Source: the human T2T-CHM13v2.0 reference genome, Homo sapiens | Assembly: GCA_009914755.4 (NCBI GenBank) | Contig: CP068257.2 | Location: forward strand, 25,024,001-25,088,000 | Reading direction: 5' to 3' | Length of the DNA: 64,000 nt | Shown here: positions 59,886-64,000 of the stretch, one piece after another | How positions within the stretch are numbered: the first letter of the stretch is position 1 | Layout of the letters: each line of letters starts with the position of its first letter | The notes under the pieces: generated by a model | Told to the model about the DNA's origin: nothing | The model's database searches: none | What the model saw: only the letters and a program-made list of their open reading frames with translations | Translations under genes and position numbers: made by a program

Positions 59886-61808
59886 TCATCACATCCATGC
59901 CAAAATCTATTGCTTTTGACTTTTTAGTAATGGCCATTCTGGCTGGGGTAAGGTGGAGTCTCATTGTGGTTTTAATTTGCATTTTCCTGATAATTAGTGA
60001 TTTTTTTTCCATACATTTGTTGGCCATCTGTATTTCTTCTTTTTAGAAATGTACATTCATGTTATTTGCCCATTTTTAAATGGGATTATTTGTTTTTTTT
60101 CTTGCTGATTTGTTTGAATTCCTTATAGATTCTGGATGTTAGTCCTTTGTCGGATGCATAATTACAAATATTTTCTCCCATTCTACAGGTTGTCTGTAGA
60201 TTATTTCTTTTGCTGTGCAGAAGCTTTTTAGTTTAGTTAGGTCTCACTCACTTCTTGTTGTTTTTGTTGCATTTGTTATTGGGCCACAGTCATGAATTCT
60301 TTGCTTAGGTCAACGTTCAAAGGAATTTTTCCTAGGTTATCTTCTATAATTTTTATGGTTTCAGGACTTAGGTTAAAATCTTTAATCCAGCTTGAGCTAA
60401 TTATTGTGTATGGTGAAAGATAGACAGAGATTCAGCTTCAATTGTCTACATGTGGCCATCCAATTTTCCCAACACCATTTATTGAATAGGGTATCTTTTC
60501 CCCAATTTATGCTTTTGTATGCTTTGTCAAAAATTAGTTGGTTTTAAGTATTTGGCTTAATTTTTGCATTCTCTATTCTGTTCCACTGGTCTATGTATCC
60601 ACTTTTACATCAATACCATGCTATTTTGGTTAGGATAGCCTTGTATAATTTGCAGTCAGGTAATGTCATGCCTCTGGATTTGTTCCTTTGGCTTCAGATT
60701 GCTTTGACTATTTGGGCTCTTATTTGGTTCCCTGTGAATTTTAGGATTGTTTTGTCTAATTCTGCATTAGATCTGTAGATTGCTTTGAGAAGTATTGTCA
60801 TTTTCATGATATAGATTCTTCTAATTCATGAGCATGGAATGTATTTCCATTTGTTTGTGTCACCTATGATTACTTTCAGCAATGTTTTGTAGTTCTCCTT
60901 GTAGCAATCTTTCACCTCCTCAGTTAAGCGTATTCCTAGGTATTTGATTTAATTTTTTTTAGCTATTGTGAAGGGGACTGTATTCTTGATTTAATTTAAT
61001 TCTCTGCTTGGTCTTGCTGGTATATAGCAGTGCTACTGATTTGGGTACATTGATTTTGTAATATGAGACATTTCTGAATTTGTTATTCAGATCTAGCAGT
61101 CTTCTGGAGGTATCTTTAGAGTTTTCTAGGTATAAGACAATATTATCAGTAAACAGAGACAGTCTGACTTCCTCTTTTCCAATTTGGATTCCTTTTATTT
61201 CTTTCTCTTGTCTAATTGTTCTGACTAGGACTTCCAGTACAATGTTGATTAGAAGTGGTGAAAGTGAGCATTCTTGTCTTGTTCCAGTTCTTAGGGGGAA
61301 TGCTTTCAATTTTCCCCACATAGTATGATGTTGGCTGTGGGTTTGTCATATATAGCTTTTATTATTTTTAGGTATGTTGCTTGTATGCCTAGGTTTTGAG
61401 GGTTTTTATTGAAAAGGGATGCTGGATTTTAACTAACGCTTTTTCTGCCTCTATTGAAATTACCATGTTGTTTTTGTTTTAGTTCTATTAGTGATGAATT
61501 ACATTTATTGACTTGTGTACGTTGACTCACCCCTGCATCCCTGGAATGAAATCCACTTGATCATGATGATTATTTTTTAGGATGTGCTTTTGGATTTGGT
61601 TTGCTAGTATTTTATTGAGAAATTTTGCATCTATATTCATCAAGGACATTGGTTTGCAATTTTCCCTTTTTTTTTTTTTTTATGTCCTGACTTTTGTATC
61701 AGGGCAATATTGACTTCATAGAATAAATTAGGGAGGATATTTTCTTTCTCAATATTTTGGAATATTTTCAGTAAAATTGGCACTAATTCTTCTTTGACTG
61801 TCTTGTAG

Positions 61809-62147
<339 letters not shown>

Positions 62148-63775
62148 AAGCTTATTTTTTTGTTGGCAGTTTTTTCATTATTGATTCAGTCTCACTGCTT
62201 GTTATTGGTCTGTTCAGGATTTTGATTTATTTCTGATTCAAGCTAGAGGGGTTATATGTTTTTAGGAATTTATCCATTTCCTCTGGGTTTTCTAGTTTGT
62301 GTGCACAGAGGTGTTCATAATAGACACAAATGACCTTTTGTATTTCTGTGGTGTCAATTGTAATGCCTCCATTTTCATTTCTAATTGAGCTTATTTGAAT
62401 CTTTGCTTTATTTTCTTCATTAATCTAGCTAGTGGTCTATTAACTTTATTTTTTTAGAGAACAAACTTTTTGTTTCTATAATCTTTTGTATTTTTTTGTT
62501 GCAATTTTGTTTGGTTTTGCTCTGCTCTTTGTTATTTCTTTTCTTCTGCTAGCTCTGGGTTTGGTTTATTCTTGTTTCTCTATTTCCTTGTGGTGTGACA
62601 TTAGGTTGTCAGTTTGTGATCTTTTCGACTTTTTGACGCAGACATTTAGTGCTACAAACTTTCCTCTTATCACTTCTTTTGCTTTATTCGAAAGATTTTG
62701 ATAATGTGTCACTTATCATTCATTTTGAAAATTATTTACATTCCCATATTCATTTCATTGTTAACCTAACAATCATTCAAGAGTGGATTTTTTCAATTCC
62801 ATGTATTTGTATAGTTTTGTGGGTTACTTTTTGAATTGATTTCTAATTTTATTCTGCTGGGGTATAAGAAGATACTTGATATGATTTTGATTTTTAGGAT
62901 ATATTGAGACTTTTTTAATGGGCCACTATGTGGTCTATCTTGGAGAAAGGTCCATGTGCTGATGAGAAGGATGTGTATCCTGTAGTTCTTGGGTAGAATG
63001 TTCTGTAAATGATTCTTACATTCACTTGTTCTAGAGTTCAGTTTAAGTCCTGTGTTTATTTGTTAAGTTTCTGCATTGATGATCTGTCTAGTGCTGTCAG
63101 TGGAGCGTTGAAGTACCCCACTATTACTGTGTTGCTGTCTATCTCTTTTCTTAGGTCTAGTAGTAATATTATGAATCTGGGAGCTCCAGAGTAAGGTGAA
63201 TATATTTTTAGGATTGTCATATCTCCTTGTTGAATTGATCCTTTTATCATTATAACTTTCTTTGTCTTCTTTTAACTGTTGTTGCTTTAAGGTTTGTTTT
63301 ATATGATGTAAGAATAGCTATTCCTGCTCATTTTTAGTTTCCATTTGTGGGAAATATCTTTTTCCAATCTATTACCTTGAGTCTACAAGAATCCTTACAT
63401 GTTAGGTATGTCTCCTGAAGACAGCAGATATTTGGTTTGTAATTTTTTCTATCCATTCTGCCAATTTGTATCTTTTAAGCAGAGCATTTAGACCATTTAC
63501 TTTCAACACTAATATTGAGATGTGACATACTGTTCCAGTTATCACATTGATTATTACCTAGTGACTTTGTTTTATTTTTTGTGTTATTGTTTTATAAGCC
63601 CTGTGAGTTTTATGCTTTCAGGAGTTTCTATTCTGGTGAGCATCAACCTTTTGTTTCAAGACTTAGAACTAATTTTAGCATTTCCCGTTGGGCTGGTCTA
63701 GTATTGACAAATTTTCACATCATTTGCTAATCTGAGAAAGTCTATTTCTCCTTTACTTATGAAACTTAGTTTTTA

Positions 63776-64000
63776 AAATTTTTTTAAAGTTTTATTTTAG
63801 TTTCAAGTGTACATGTGCAGGTTTTTTCTATACATAAATTGCATGTTGTGGAGGTTTGGTGTACATATTATTTCATCATCCAGGTAATAAGCATAGTACC
63901 CAAGAGGCAGTTTTTCAATCCTCCCTCTCCACCATCTACCCTCAAGAAGGCCCCAGTATCTATTGTGAAACTCAGTTTTGTTGGGTACAAAATTCTAAGC
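63776..64000 (-). mobile_element. 3' end (3'UTR, antisense view) of a second L1 that abuts or is inserted into the ORF1-proximal part of the older L1; continues beyond the window
   Basis: ttttaaaattttttt followed by gttttattttagtttcaagtgtacatgtgcaggttttttctatacataaattgcatgttgtggaggtttggtgtacatattatttcatcatccaggtaataagcatagtacccaagaggcagtttttcaatcctccctctccacc. This matches the L1 3'UTR antisense pattern (..gtacatgtgcaggtttgttacataggtaaac..catcacccaggtattaagcc..). Confidence 0.6.

Overview
This window is primate, most likely human or great-ape, nuclear genomic DNA. It is not a prokaryotic or accessory-genome locus. The sequence is AT-rich and dense with interspersed repeats.

Repeats I can support from sequence:
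- At least 16 Alu SINEs, several with intact poly-A tails and readable target-site duplications.
- Three LINE-1 elements, all on the minus strand: a 5'-intact L1 at 1-4065, an old L1 at 58796-63775 carrying two nested Alus, and the 3' end of a second L1 at 63776-64000.
- One small L1 3' fragment flanked by a TSD.
- Several ERVL-MaLR LTRs of THE1/MST/MLT1 type, including one full-length THE1-class LTR-internal-LTR element with a 5-bp TSD.
- MIR fragments.
- Many microsatellites: (GT)n, (TATC)n/(GATA)n, (GAAA)n and poly-A tracts.

Nearly all the six-frame ORFs are explained by L1 ORF1/ORF2 remnants, Alu-derived peptides, MaLR internal sequence, or microsatellite runs. I could not support any protein-coding exon, tRNA, rRNA, CRISPR array or operon-like system, and I do not claim one.

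The things worth a second look are modest:
- A young-looking AluY that may be polymorphic.
- The full-length THE1-class element with an adjacent inverted solo LTR.
- Two GATA microsatellites in inverted orientation about 1.2 kb apart.
- A 118-bp tandem duplication abutting an Alu.
- Two or three non-repeat blocks that keep an unusually high number of CpGs (43.7-44.6 kb, 53.8-54.3 kb, 22.1-24.1 kb). These could be regulatory or non-coding-transcript sequence.

All coordinates are approximate to a few bp, and subfamily assignments are made from memory of consensus sequences.
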